Made by a program: the position numbers and the translations under genes
Notes under the pieces: generated by a model
Told to the model about the DNA's origin: nothing
The model's input: the letters and a program-made list of their open reading frames with translations, nothing else
Database searches by the model: none
Assembly (NCBI GenBank): GCA_965222025.1
Contig: CBDCTI010000008.1
Location: 408,531-472,530 of the forward strand
DNA: 64,000 nucleotides
DNA from: Dehalococcoidia bacterium
Lineage (GTDB): Bacteria > Chloroflexota > Dehalococcoidia > Lucifugimonadales > UBA3495
Reading direction: 5' to 3'
Part shown: in pieces, positions 11,084-20,724 of the stretch
How positions within the stretch are numbered: the first letter of the stretch is position 1
Layout of the letters: the number at the start of each line of letters is the position of its first letter

Positions 11084-12586
11084 TTAGGTGGGACAGAAGC
11101 GGATTAGGAGACTAGAGTCGGTCATATGATTCCGGGCCACTTGGCAAGGCGTTTCACCGTCGGCATTCTTGGCATTGAGGTTCGCTCCCAGTTCTACGAG
11201 CAAGCTAAACATCCTCGGGATATCTTCTTCGGCAGCTATGTGTAGGACTGTGTTTCCGCCAGCGTCTCTCCTTTCAGTGTTGGCGCCACGGTTCAGCAGA
11301 ACAGCAGCCAGCGCCAGATATACGTCCCCGTGGCTTGCTGAGTCTCCTCCTTCTACCGCTTGGCGCAAGGGCCACATACCCTGCTGGTTCTTGGCCTCAA
11401 TATCGGCGCCCCGGTCCAAGAGCAAAGACAGCACATCTGGGGTTGAGAAGCCGTGTACTGCGTAGAACAAAGGCGTGTTCCCCTCTTCATCCAGGGTCTT
11501 TATGTTGGCTCCTCGGTCGAGCAGCATCTTGACAACCAGCGGCTCCCGATTCCACGCAGCATTATGCAGTGGCGTAAGTCCCCGTTCATCCCGCTCTTCC
11601 AAGTCCGCACCGCGATCCAGCAGCAGCTTGGTAACCGCTGGTTCCGGATTCGTCATCGCAGCCAGATGAAGGGGCGTCCTCCCAGCGCCGTTCTTTTCTG
11701 CGATGTTTGAACCTTTCGCCAACAGCATGTAGGTTACCTTCCATTGTGTGTTGTACTCTGCCGCACGATGCAGTGGAGTATCTCCGAAAAGATCTCTGGC
11801 GTTGATGTCGGAGCCATCAACTATCAGTTCTAGGATCACTCCTGAGGATGGGTTGTAGGCTGCCGCGTGGTGCAATAGCGTTCGTTTATCTTCGTCTACG
11901 GCTTTTACATCCGCACCCCACATTAGAAATAACTTCAAAACGATCGGACTCAAATTAAGTGTGGCTGCAAAGGTCGCGGGGGTCCCGCCATCTGGAGGAA
12001 TATAGCGAGGCACTTGCCCGACAACGGGACCGTAGTCGTAGCTCATCGCCTCGGGATTTCCCTCCCATTCCAGCAATAGCTCAACAACTTCGGGAGTATT
12101 GTTCCAGGCTGCCAGATGTAGGGGTGTAACTTCACGCAAGACTTGACCTGACTCGGCAAATTCAACGTCTGCCACGTAGTTGACGTATTCCCCTTGGACC
12201 AACAGTTCTTCGACTGAATTGACGTCGCCGTAGAAGGCTGCCTCGTGGAGTGGAGCATCGTCAGTAAAGGCCAAGGGCACATGAGTAGGGTAAGCTGTCA
12301 TTCTAGTCGGAAATGGTGTTGGTAGAGGGGTAGGATCAACTTTTTCTGGAGTAAGAAATGGCGCGGGTACAGGAGTAGCCGTGCCATGAGGCATTCGCGT
12401 TGATGCCGTGGTTGCAACTGGTGTGGAAGTCGAAGAGTTGGGCTTTTCCGTATTCGGAACGGCTACTTGACGCGCCGATGTGGGGGCTTGCACAGGGGTG
12501 CTCGCGGGAACAGATTGACTCTGACAGGCAACCCCAAGGATCAGTCCCGCGGTGAACAGCGCTGCTACCAGTGTTTTTCCGTTCAT
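11084..12586 (-). CDS. ankyrin-repeat lipoprotein
   Basis: lipobox GVAC, P/T-rich linker, many TPLH.AA..LL..GA repeats. Confidence 0.9.
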   Translation of the reverse strand: MNGKTLVAALFTAGLILGVACQSQSVPASTPVQAPTSARQVAVPNTEKPNSSTSTPVATTASTRMPHGTATPVPAPFLTPEKVDPTPLPTPFPTRMTAYPTHVPLAFTDDAPLHEAAFYGDVNSVEELLVQGEYVNYVADVEFAESGQVLREVTPLHLAAWNNTPEVVELLLEWEGNPEAMSYDYGPVVGQVPRYIPPDGGTPATFAATLNLSPIVLKLFLMWGADVKAVDEDKRTLLHHAAAYNPSSGVILELIVDGSDINARDLFGDTPLHRAAEYNTQWKVTYMLLAKGSNIAEKNGAGRTPLHLAAMTNPEPAVTKLLLDRGADLEERDERGLTPLHNAAWNREPLVVKMLLDRGANIKTLDEEGNTPLFYAVHGFSTPDVLSLLLDRGADIEAKNQQGMWPLRQAVEGGDSASHGDVYLALAAVLLNRGANTERRDAGGNTVLHIAAEEDIPRMFSLLVELGANLNAKNADGETPCQVARNHMTDSSLLIRFCPT

Positions 12587-12705
12587 GTCTCCCTCCATGT
12601 AGCTGAGAAAGGAAAGTCTGGTGTGTCCCTTCTGGCCCCACCGGGATCGGTGTCCACCGGACCTAGCTTTATCCGGCTCTTAGGGTCCTGGAAATGTTGT
12701 AAATG

Positions 12706-13110
12706 TGTTGTTGCCCAGCGATTATGTCCCTCCTTTTGAAAAGCGAATATGTCCCCTGGTTTAGTCGGTGGCCGCTAGCGGTACGGCCAGGCCCTCTGCC
12801 TTGGCTCGCTCCTTGGCGCTGAGTTTCTTGGTGGGTGGAGCGTCTGCCACGGCGTACTTCTTCGCAGTGTTCTTGGCCATCCCCAGGTTTCGGGCGATGG
12901 CCCGGATGGAGAATCCCAGCTCCTTGGCCAGCTGTACAGCCTCCCAGCGGGCCTGCTGGGTTGACGTGGGGGTCCGATGCAACCGGTGGCAAACTGGCTT
13001 CCCCTTTCCGCGCTGGCCCTCCGCCGCCTCCTTGGCAACCGATTCCGATTCCAATGCGGAGAGGCGTTCACGTTGAGCCACGTTCAGGTGGCTGTTGGCC
13101 ACGCCGACGG
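12706..13110 (-). pseudogene. ISNCY/IS1202-like transposase C-terminal fragment with element end
   Basis: homologous to ~20725-21160; TGTTGTTGCCCAGCGATT terminus. Confidence 0.75.
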
Positions 13111-13111
13111 C

Positions 13112-13471
13112 CGGGTCGCGGTGAGCTTCGAGGAAACCGGCGTGGACTATGATTTCTCGGAACTCGACGAACTACAGCCCTCCTTCGCAATGACCGTACA
13201 CCGGGCCCAGGGGAGCGAGTTTCCCGCGGTGGTGGTTCCGCTTCTGACGCAACATTACCCGATGCTGCAGCGCAACCTGCTGTACACCGCGATCACCAGG
13301 GGGAGGAGGCTGGTCGTGGTTGTCGGAAGCCGGCGGGCGCTGACCATGGCGGTGCGCAACGACCGTCCCGGGGAGCGCAACTCGATGCTCGGGGCTCGGC
13401 TTTCGGGGACGGACACAGGAAGCGGGATGACGTTCCCTGAAGGTGGTTTCGAGCGGCTCGGCCTCCTTTAG
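13112..13471 (+). pseudogene. recD2: RecD2-like helicase C-terminal fragment
   Basis: AMTVHRAQGSEF, RNLLYTAITRGR; 5' part replaced by an IS fragment. Confidence 0.8.
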
Positions 13472-13587
13472 GCCGCTGAAAGCCCTGGGCCGGCGATACC
13501 ACACCCGGCATTTCCCGGAGCAGGGGTTGCGCTCCCTGACGCGCCACACGCGACGGATGTAGCCGGAGTCCCGCCAGGCGCCCGGGC

Positions 13588-13752
13588 TCATCCGGCGGAG
13601 CCGATGCGGTACTTGCCTGTGCCGCACACAGTGCAAACAGCGCGCAGGGCGGGACGTCCGTTCTTCATTGTTACCTGTTCAACATCCCTTGAGCCGGTCT
13701 TGGCCCGGCACTTCAAGCAGTAGATTTCAACGGATGCGGGGGGTGTGGCCAT
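13588..13752 (-). CDS. 54-aa zinc-ribbon protein (DUF5679-like)
   Basis: manual translation MATPPASVEIYCLKCRAKTGSRDVEQVTMKNGRPALRAVCTVCGTGKYRIGSAG; TATAAT upstream; below ORF-track cutoff. Confidence 0.75.
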   Translation of the reverse strand: MATPPASVEIYCLKCRAKTGSRDVEQVTMKNGRPALRAVCTVCGTGKYRIGSAG

Positions 13753-13906
13753 AATCGAAGGCTCCTGTTCCGAAGGCTGCCAGGATTATAGCCAAAAGAA
13801 ACTCTCCCGCCGGATACGGCTACAAAACCGGCCAGACCAGCCGGTCATTGCACTCTGAACTTGCCTGAATTCTCCCGGGAGCTACGAGCCGCCACGGGTG
13901 GACTAG

Positions 13907-15468
13907 CAGCCCGTCTGAGGATTGACCGACTGGCGGTGTCGGTCAGCCGGGACTACCCTGCGACAACGGTTCTGGCGGGGTGCGGGTAGGCACCTGCGGA
14001 TTGTCGCTTGAAAATCCCACTGCCCATGGACCGGCGCGTCTCCCTGTCGTTCCCAGTGGCGCCTTTTCCCCTCGCCTTGACGAACATCCCGGCCCCATAC
14101 CGGAACAGCTTCAGCAGGTTGTGGCCGGCGCAGATGATCAGCCACTCCCGGTTCACCTTAGCCAGACCCCGCAGCAGGAACTGCCGGAAGCCCCGGCCCT
14201 GCTTGATCTGCCCGAATACCGGTTCCACCGTCTCCATCCGAAGCGCGTAGCGTTCCCTGCCCCGTTTCGTCCGCAGCTTGCGCCGCATCCGGTCCTTGGC
14301 TGACAGCCCCTTCGGTATGCGGCCACGGGGCGCCGGTGGCGGCACCCAGCCGTGGCGGGTCCTCTCCGGCGCGACGAACGGGTCCACTCCCAGGGCGTAG
14401 AGTTCCTCCACCGCCTTGGCCGAGTAGTATCCGGCGTCGGCGGAGACTTCCTTTGGGACTGTGCCCACGTTCAGGATGGCCTCCTCAATCATGCTCACGG
14501 CCTGATCCTTGTCCGAGGGCTGATCGGTGGCACAGGCCGCCACGATCACCTGATGCTCGCTGTCCACCACCGCCTGGCAGTTGTAGGACTGCTGGAAGTC
14601 CCTCCCTCCCGGGCCGGGCATGATCCGGGAGTCCGGGTCGGTGAAGTTCCGCTGCGCCTTGTCATCAGGCACCCCGAGATGATTGCGTCCCTCGGACTCA
14701 GCCTGCTCCGCATCCGCCAGGGCCTCGGCCTCCAGCGCCGCCTTGGCCTCCCTTATCTTCCGCAACCGTCCCTCCCGGAAGGCCAGTTCCTCCGGCAACT
14801 CATCCCCACGCCTGTCCTTCCCGTACCGGCGGTCCTCCTCCTCGTCCACCTCCTGCGCCTTGCGGAGCAACTCGTCCACCTCGGCCTGCAACCGCGCTTC
14901 CTTCTCCTTCATCCGCCCGTAGCTCATCGCCTTGTGCTTTGAGGCATTGGCCCTCACCTTGGTCCCGTCCAGCGCCACGTGCCCCAGCTTTACCAGTCCT
15001 GCCTGCTGGCACAACTCCAGCACCTGCAGGAACAATTCCCCCAACGCCTCCAGATGGTCCTTTCGGAAGTCGGAGACGGTGCGGAAGTCCGGCGTGTTGT
15101 TGGCCGCCAGCACCCGGTAGGCGATGTCCTCGTGCAGCCTCTGGGCGATGCGACGTGAGGAGGCCACGCCGGTGCAGTAGCCGTAGAGCAGCACCTTCAC
15201 CATCATCCTGGGATGGTAGGGCGGGCCGCCCCGCCTCTCCTGCTCGTAGCGGGCGGTGATGTCCGAGAGGTCCAACTGGTCCGCAACGTCGGAGATGAAG
15301 TAGGCCAAGTGCTCCGGCGGCAGCCATTCCTGGAGGGCCGCCGGCAGCAGCAACTGCTGGTCCGGGTCGTAGGGAAGGTAGGTCTTGCTCATTGACCGCT
15401 CCGATCGTCTGATGCTCCGTACCATCATACCCCCAACGGCTCACCAACCCCGTTTCTCGGACGGGCTG
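13907..15468 (-). mobile_element. IS1182-family element, intact
   Basis: inverted repeats CAGCCCGTC; CTAG target duplication at 13903-13906 and 15469-15472. Confidence 0.92.
13953..15392 (-). CDS. IS1182 transposase
   Basis: PPYHP, ALDGTKVRANAS, NFTDPDSRIM, SADAGY, VEPVFGQIK. Confidence 0.93.
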   Translation of the reverse strand: MSKTYLPYDPDQQLLLPAALQEWLPPEHLAYFISDVADQLDLSDITARYEQERRGGPPYHPRMMVKVLLYGYCTGVASSRRIAQRLHEDIAYRVLAANNTPDFRTVSDFRKDHLEALGELFLQVLELCQQAGLVKLGHVALDGTKVRANASKHKAMSYGRMKEKEARLQAEVDELLRKAQEVDEEEDRRYGKDRRGDELPEELAFREGRLRKIREAKAALEAEALADAEQAESEGRNHLGVPDDKAQRNFTDPDSRIMPGPGGRDFQQSYNCQAVVDSEHQVIVAACATDQPSDKDQAVSMIEEAILNVGTVPKEVSADAGYYSAKAVEELYALGVDPFVAPERTRHGWVPPPAPRGRIPKGLSAKDRMRRKLRTKRGRERYALRMETVEPVFGQIKQGRGFRQFLLRGLAKVNREWLIICAGHNLLKLFRYGAGMFVKARGKGATGNDRETRRSMGSGIFKRQSAGAYPHPARTVVAG

Positions 15469-15786
15469 CTAGACAACCCTGTCTCCCCGCCTTGGAACGG
15501 ACTGGCTATCCGGCTCACCAGCCGGCCCCGGCAGCGGGGTCAACATCACGCGCCAACGGGGTGTTTCCTTGGACGCCTCGACCAGGAGTTCCTCGAGCGG
15601 GACATCGATGTCGATATCGTCGAATTCGAAGTTGAAGGCGGCCTTCACGTGGCACGGGCATACGAGGCCCGCCGCGGCGTTGTTATCCCGTCCCAATCGC
15701 CTCAGTTCCTCGCGTTCGGCGAGGGTCATCTTCCGCTGGTAGTGGCAGCCAGCGATGGCGCATTTGACCGACACTTTTCTGGCCAT
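15469..15786 (-). CDS. 105-aa hypothetical Cys/His protein, copy 2
   Basis: CAIAGCH..VCPCH; paralog of 7280..7597. Confidence 0.7.
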   Translation of the reverse strand: MARKVSVKCAIAGCHYQRKMTLAEREELRRLGRDNNAAAGLVCPCHVKAAFNFEFDDIDIDVPLEELLVEASKETPRWRVMLTPLPGPAGEPDSQSVPRRGDRVV

Positions 15787-15824
15787 TTCCCCAATATTAC
15801 AACAACAGCCCAGCGGGGTCGGAC

Positions 15825-16112
15825 ATGCGCGCAGGGTGTTCAACGTCAACTTTTATCCTGGTTGCGGTGCGGGAAAGTCCCTGCACCCAGGTAGTCCTGA
15901 ACATAGACTCGCACACCGGAAAGGGCCGTTGAACGCTGAAGATGCGGTTCGCAAAACCGGTCTTCTGACCGTCGGACGTAACCCGGTGGGCAGAACGGAC
16001 CCGTCTGCCAACTGTTAACGACCGAAGACAAACAGGTTGCTTTCGAAGGGCAATTACCCCCCGTCCGCTGGACTGTGGCTTGGGCCCTCTCTCCCAGGCG
16101 GGGGTTTTTGCC
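15825..16112 (+). ncRNA. candidate structured ncRNA, copy 2
   Basis: multi-hairpin; covaries with 6950-7239. Confidence 0.55.
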
Positions 16113-17122
16113 ATTGGGGTTTCCACGGGGCACACCCAGCCAACAGCACCGGCGGAGTCGAATCGGACGCCAAGCGGGAAACCGGCCGGATCATTGACTC
16201 CACCGTGCTGGATGCGGAGAATGGCGCCATGAAATCGTTATTGGGCCGGTCGAACGGAGCAGGGATGGCTGCGCCGGTGCTGCTGTTGTTCCTGTCAGCC
16301 GTGACTGCCCTAGCAGCCTGCGGCGGGGAGCAGACGTCTCCGGTAGTGGCCACCGTTGTCCCTGCGACACCCACGGATACAGGCGCTCTGGCTGCGACGC
16401 CCGAGCCGACCACTGGGGCGCAATCGGCAGCAACCCAGGCTGTTGCTGACACACCCACGCAAACGCCGGTACCCACCGCGGCTCTGGAGCCGACGACCAC
16501 GCCCGTCTCCACCGTAACGCAGACTCTCACGCCGTCCGCAACTCCGACATCGGAGCCGACGTCAACGCCTACGCCAACACCTACAAGCACTCTGCCTCCC
16601 GCTCCAACGGCCACTCCCACTCCAACAACGATGCCTACGCCTACCCCTACTGCAACTTACACTCCGACACCCACGGCCACGCCGATTCCTACGCCGACGC
16701 CTAGGCCCCAGGCGGACTTGGGAATCACGATAGAACCAGCGGCATCCGCAGCGGAATTAGGGAAGGAGACCGTGCTCCACTTTGCTGTAACCAACCACGG
16801 CCCCCTTGACTCGGCCAACACCTCCATCGTGATATACGGCAGAGACCACACAATCACTGCAACTGTCGACGAGGGCAACTGCTCGGATGAGAGCTGCGAT
16901 CTGGGTTACCTGGCAGCCGGCCAGACCGCTACAGGGAACATATCGGTCCTACCGTCCAACTTCACAAGAGAGTTTCGGCTACAAGTCAGAGTCGCAGGCA
17001 ATGAACTGGACTCGAGCCAAGGTAACAATGACAGGTCAGTGAGCCTGCCCATCCGCGCGGGAGATCCCGAACGGAATGCTACTGTCTTGTGGTCCACGCT
17101 TATAGAGAGGCCCGCTAACCTA

Positions 17123-18357
17123 AACCAAAGCCAAGGTGAAATACGCAGACGCATAGGGTAAATTTGTGAGGGAACTGGGTTAGCTGGTCTCAGGAGTAAC
17201 GGGGGGTTGGTGATGGGTGTGAGGGAGATAGACCGGTCTCTGGAACAATGGCAGATGGGGGTCAAGGATTTGCGCCGGCGGATGATTCTGGCGCCCACAC
17301 CCAGGGAGCGGGAGCGGTGGTACGCCATCTGGCTCTTGGCGCAGGGCTGGACAGCAACGGCCACGGCGGAGGCGCTGGAGCGGGACCCCCACACCATAGG
17401 ACGGTGGGCTTCGGTTTTCGGCGAGGGAGGGCCAGCGGCCTTGATATTTGAGCAGACCGGTGGTTCCCCCCCGTCCTTGACGAGACGCAGCAGGCGGAGT
17501 TGAAAGGGGCGGTAGGGCAACCGCCCGCTGAGGCGGGCATCGAACTGGCCAACTGGTATTGGAAAGGAGTCCGGCAGTTTGTCTTGGGACGGTTCGGGGT
17601 CAGTTTGAGCCGCAGCAGTTGTCTGAACTGGCTGCACCGGTTGGGATTTGCCTTCAAGCGGCCCAAGAAGCGTCTGCTCAAGGCGGATGAGGGCAAGCGG
17701 GAGGCCTTCGTGGCGGAGTATGCCGCCCTGAGGGAGGAGGCCCAACGGACCGGAGCCAGGATATTCTTCGCCGATGAGGCCCACTTCCGGGCCGATGCAG
17801 AGTTGCGGGGCAAGTGGGTGCTGAGAGGAGAGGCTGCTCTGGTGGACTCGACCAGTCCGCGGTATGGGGAGAAGGCCAGCTATTATTCGGCGGTGTGCCT
17901 GGAGACGGGTGAGGTGGAGTGGATGGAGTTGCAGGGGAACAGCAACGCCGGGACCTCGGTTGACTTCCTGAAGCAACTGAGGGGAAAACACCCTGAGCCG
18001 ATGCGGGTCATCTGGGACAACGCCCCGGCCCACCGTGGGGAGGCGATGCGGGAGTACCTCAGGACGCCTGGGCTGGAGTTGAGGTTGGTGAACCTGCCGG
18101 GGTACAGCCCGGACTTCAACGGGGATGAGGCGATCTGGGGTTGGGCGAGAGAGGAGGCCACCGGCAATCTGTGCTTGGGAAGCAGGGAGGCGGTGCAGGA
18201 AAAGGTCGGCAAATTCCTTGCCGGACTGGCCAGCCGCAAAGACGAGGTGAGACGGCGGTGCCGGACAGTCTTGCAGTCACGGGGTGAGGCGCTCCTGCGA
18301 GCCTCCCGGACCGATTCTCAGCCTCCGGCAAATGCACATCCCACCTTGGCTTTGGTT
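17123..18357 (+). mobile_element. IS630-family element (transposase in two ORFs, 17207..17503 and 17500..18360)
   Basis: AACCAAAGCCAAGGTG inverted repeats, TA duplication, FADEAHF/WDNA/YSPDFN motifs, C-run at the frame change. Confidence 0.9.
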
Positions 18358-18460
18358 TAGTAGTTGATGGAGACCACATTTACCTGACGTCGAAATACTA
18401 CAAGGACACGGAGCTTGTCGCCCTAGACAAAGGAACTGGACGGAAACTGTGGCAACTAAA

Positions 18461-20153
18461 CCCGAATCCACCGATAGAGGACGTCAGGTTAGCGACCTGA
18501 AGTGGTCAAAGGGTGCTCCTCTGAATCTGGGATAATGGTTTTCGAGAAAGGAAACCGACCCCAGAAAAGGAGCACCCAATTGATGCTACCACGCAACCAT
18601 CCCGACCGTATTCGCATCGTCTTTGACGACCACCGTCTGGTGGCCAATGCCGGCCTGCTCCTGCCGGCCACTCTCGCCCAACACCTGGGCCTGGGGGAAC
18701 TCGTAGACCATCACCTCAATCTCGGCAGCGCGCCGGGCCGGGCCAACGCCGGCGACAAGATGATGACCCTGGTCGCCTCTGCCCTGGCTGGCGGCGATTG
18801 CATCGACGACGCCGATGCGCTGCGCGCCGGTGGGACGGCCGGTGTTCTCGACTGTAGGGTCAAGGCGCCATCCACCCTGGGCACCTTCCTGCGCAGCTTC
18901 CGCTGGGGCCATGTCCGTCAGCTGGACCGGGTGATCCGGGAACTGCTGGCCCGGGCCTGGGCCGCCGGGGCGGGACCCGGCGACGCGCCGTTCACCATCG
19001 ATCTGGACTCCACCATCTGCGAGACCTACGGACTGGCCAAGGAGGGGGCGCGACACCACGGCTATACCGGCAAGCGGGGCTATCACCCGCTGTTGGCCGT
19101 GGCCGCCGGCACCGGCGACGTGTTGATGTCCCGGCTGCGCGAGGGCCGGGCCAACACTGTTCGGGGCGCCGCCCACTTCCTGCGCGAGACGGTGGGACGG
19201 GTGCGCTACGCCGGCGCCAGGGGCCGACTCACGGTGCGGGCCGACAGCGGCTTCTATGCCCACGCCATCGTCGCCGTCTGCCGCAAGATGGATGTCCGCT
19301 ACTCCATCACCATCCGCCAGCACAAAAGCCTGCGCAATCTCATCGAGGCCATACCCGAGACGGATTGGACGCCCATCCCATACTGGATGGACGGCGCCGC
19401 CGATGTGGCCGAGACCACCTACACTCCCTTTGAGAGTGAGGCCGGCGCCGCGCCGGTGCGGCTCATCGTCCGGCGTGTGAAGCCCACGCCCGGTTCCCAA
19501 CTGGCCCTCTTCGCCACCTACAGCTATCACGGATTCATCACCGACCGGGACGGGGAGACCCTGGAGCTGGAGGCCGACCACCGCCGCCACGCCGAGATCG
19601 AGAACGCCATCCGGGACCTCAAGTACGGCGTCGGGCTGAACCACCTGCCGTCCGGCCGATTCGCCGCCAACGGCGCTTGGCTGGCGGTACAGGTGATGGC
19701 CCACAACCTGGCCCGCTGGACGGCCCGCATCGGCTTGCGCGAGCAGATCGTGACCACCAAGACCCTCCGGCGTCGGTTCTTCGCCCTGGCGGGACGGACC
19801 ACCCGCTCGGCGCGCCGCCTCACTTTGCATCTTCCCAAGCATTGGCCCTGGGAAACCCAGTTCAGCAGCGCCCTGGCCCGGCTGCGAGCCATTCCACTCC
19901 CCGCCTGACGGCGCTGTCCGCAACCGCCCCAACACCTCCAAACTCGCGTCCGCCCCGCCCGCGAGTGCATCCTGCTGCGTCCGATCTCACTATCACGCGA
20001 TTCCCAGCCTCCATAGACCGCTCTCCAGGTCCGGTGCGGCTACTGAAAACCCTCGCGGGGTCACATCGGTCCAATGAAGCCCAGGCTTTCTCCCTTGCAG
20101 GCTCCCTCATCCCAATTTGCCCAGCATTCACGCCTCCCATCGGTGGATTCGGG
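18461..20153 (+). mobile_element. IS1380-family element, intact
   Basis: CCCGAATCCACCGAT perfect inverted repeats; CTAAA target duplication. Confidence 0.92.
18583..19908 (+). CDS. IS1380 transposase
   Basis: IDLDST, GYHPL, RADSGFY, IENAIRDLK. Confidence 0.92.
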   Translation: MLPRNHPDRIRIVFDDHRLVANAGLLLPATLAQHLGLGELVDHHLNLGSAPGRANAGDKMMTLVASALAGGDCIDDADALRAGGTAGVLDCRVKAPSTLGTFLRSFRWGHVRQLDRVIRELLARAWAAGAGPGDAPFTIDLDSTICETYGLAKEGARHHGYTGKRGYHPLLAVAAGTGDVLMSRLREGRANTVRGAAHFLRETVGRVRYAGARGRLTVRADSGFYAHAIVAVCRKMDVRYSITIRQHKSLRNLIEAIPETDWTPIPYWMDGAADVAETTYTPFESEAGAAPVRLIVRRVKPTPGSQLALFATYSYHGFITDRDGETLELEADHRRHAEIENAIRDLKYGVGLNHLPSGRFAANGAWLAVQVMAHNLARWTARIGLREQIVTTKTLRRRFFALAGRTTRSARRLTLHLPKHWPWETQFSSALARLRAIPLPA

Positions 20154-20724
20154 CTAAAGCTTCCGGTTTCATTCGCCGGCGGGGATTCTTGGGGAGGGCC
20201 TGTAGTTAGCGGCCCGTACCCGCATGGAGATCTATTGCTCATAGGCTACGCTCCGGGCTACCTGGACGCAGTGGACAGGGATACCGGAATGCTCAGGTGG
20301 CGGTTCCAATCTGACAAGCTCGCAACTCCTGTCCCGCTGGTCCATCACAACGTCATCTACCTAACAGCGTCCAACAGCATAGGTCCGTTAACGAGTGCCG
20401 GCACCGTGTATTCCCTTGACCTAGAGAGTGGAACAATCATTTGGGAACTGGAAATGGACCGCAACGGGAGCATTTCCAACCTTTCCAGCCCCTTGCGTAT
20501 TGGTGAAAGCACTTTCCTTCACTTTTCCTATTTCACCGAAGACGGCACCTTCTTTTATGCAGCCGACGCCCGTACAGGCACGGTCAAATGGCGGCACGAT
20601 TCCTGGTCCGCGTCTATTACCCCCGCTGCAGGCAATGTGGTCTACATGGGTAACGGGATAAATGCCTTGGCCGGCCTGTCCGGAGAACCCCAGTGGCGGT
20701 ACAAGGTCGACACCTCAGGGAGAG

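Larger units (their letters stand above)
16229..20724 (+). pseudogene. lipoprotein (PT linker, DUF11-like Ig domain, PQQ-like beta-propeller) interrupted by IS630 and IS1380, truncated by ISNCY
   Basis: lipobox LAAC; removing the IS restores the frame ..PANLVVDGDHIY..TGRKLWQLKLPVSF..DRDTGMLRWRF. Confidence 0.8.

Noticed and set aside
15865-15885. RNase P RNA (GGAAAGTCC)
   Set aside because: motif absent from copy 1 and other conserved regions not found
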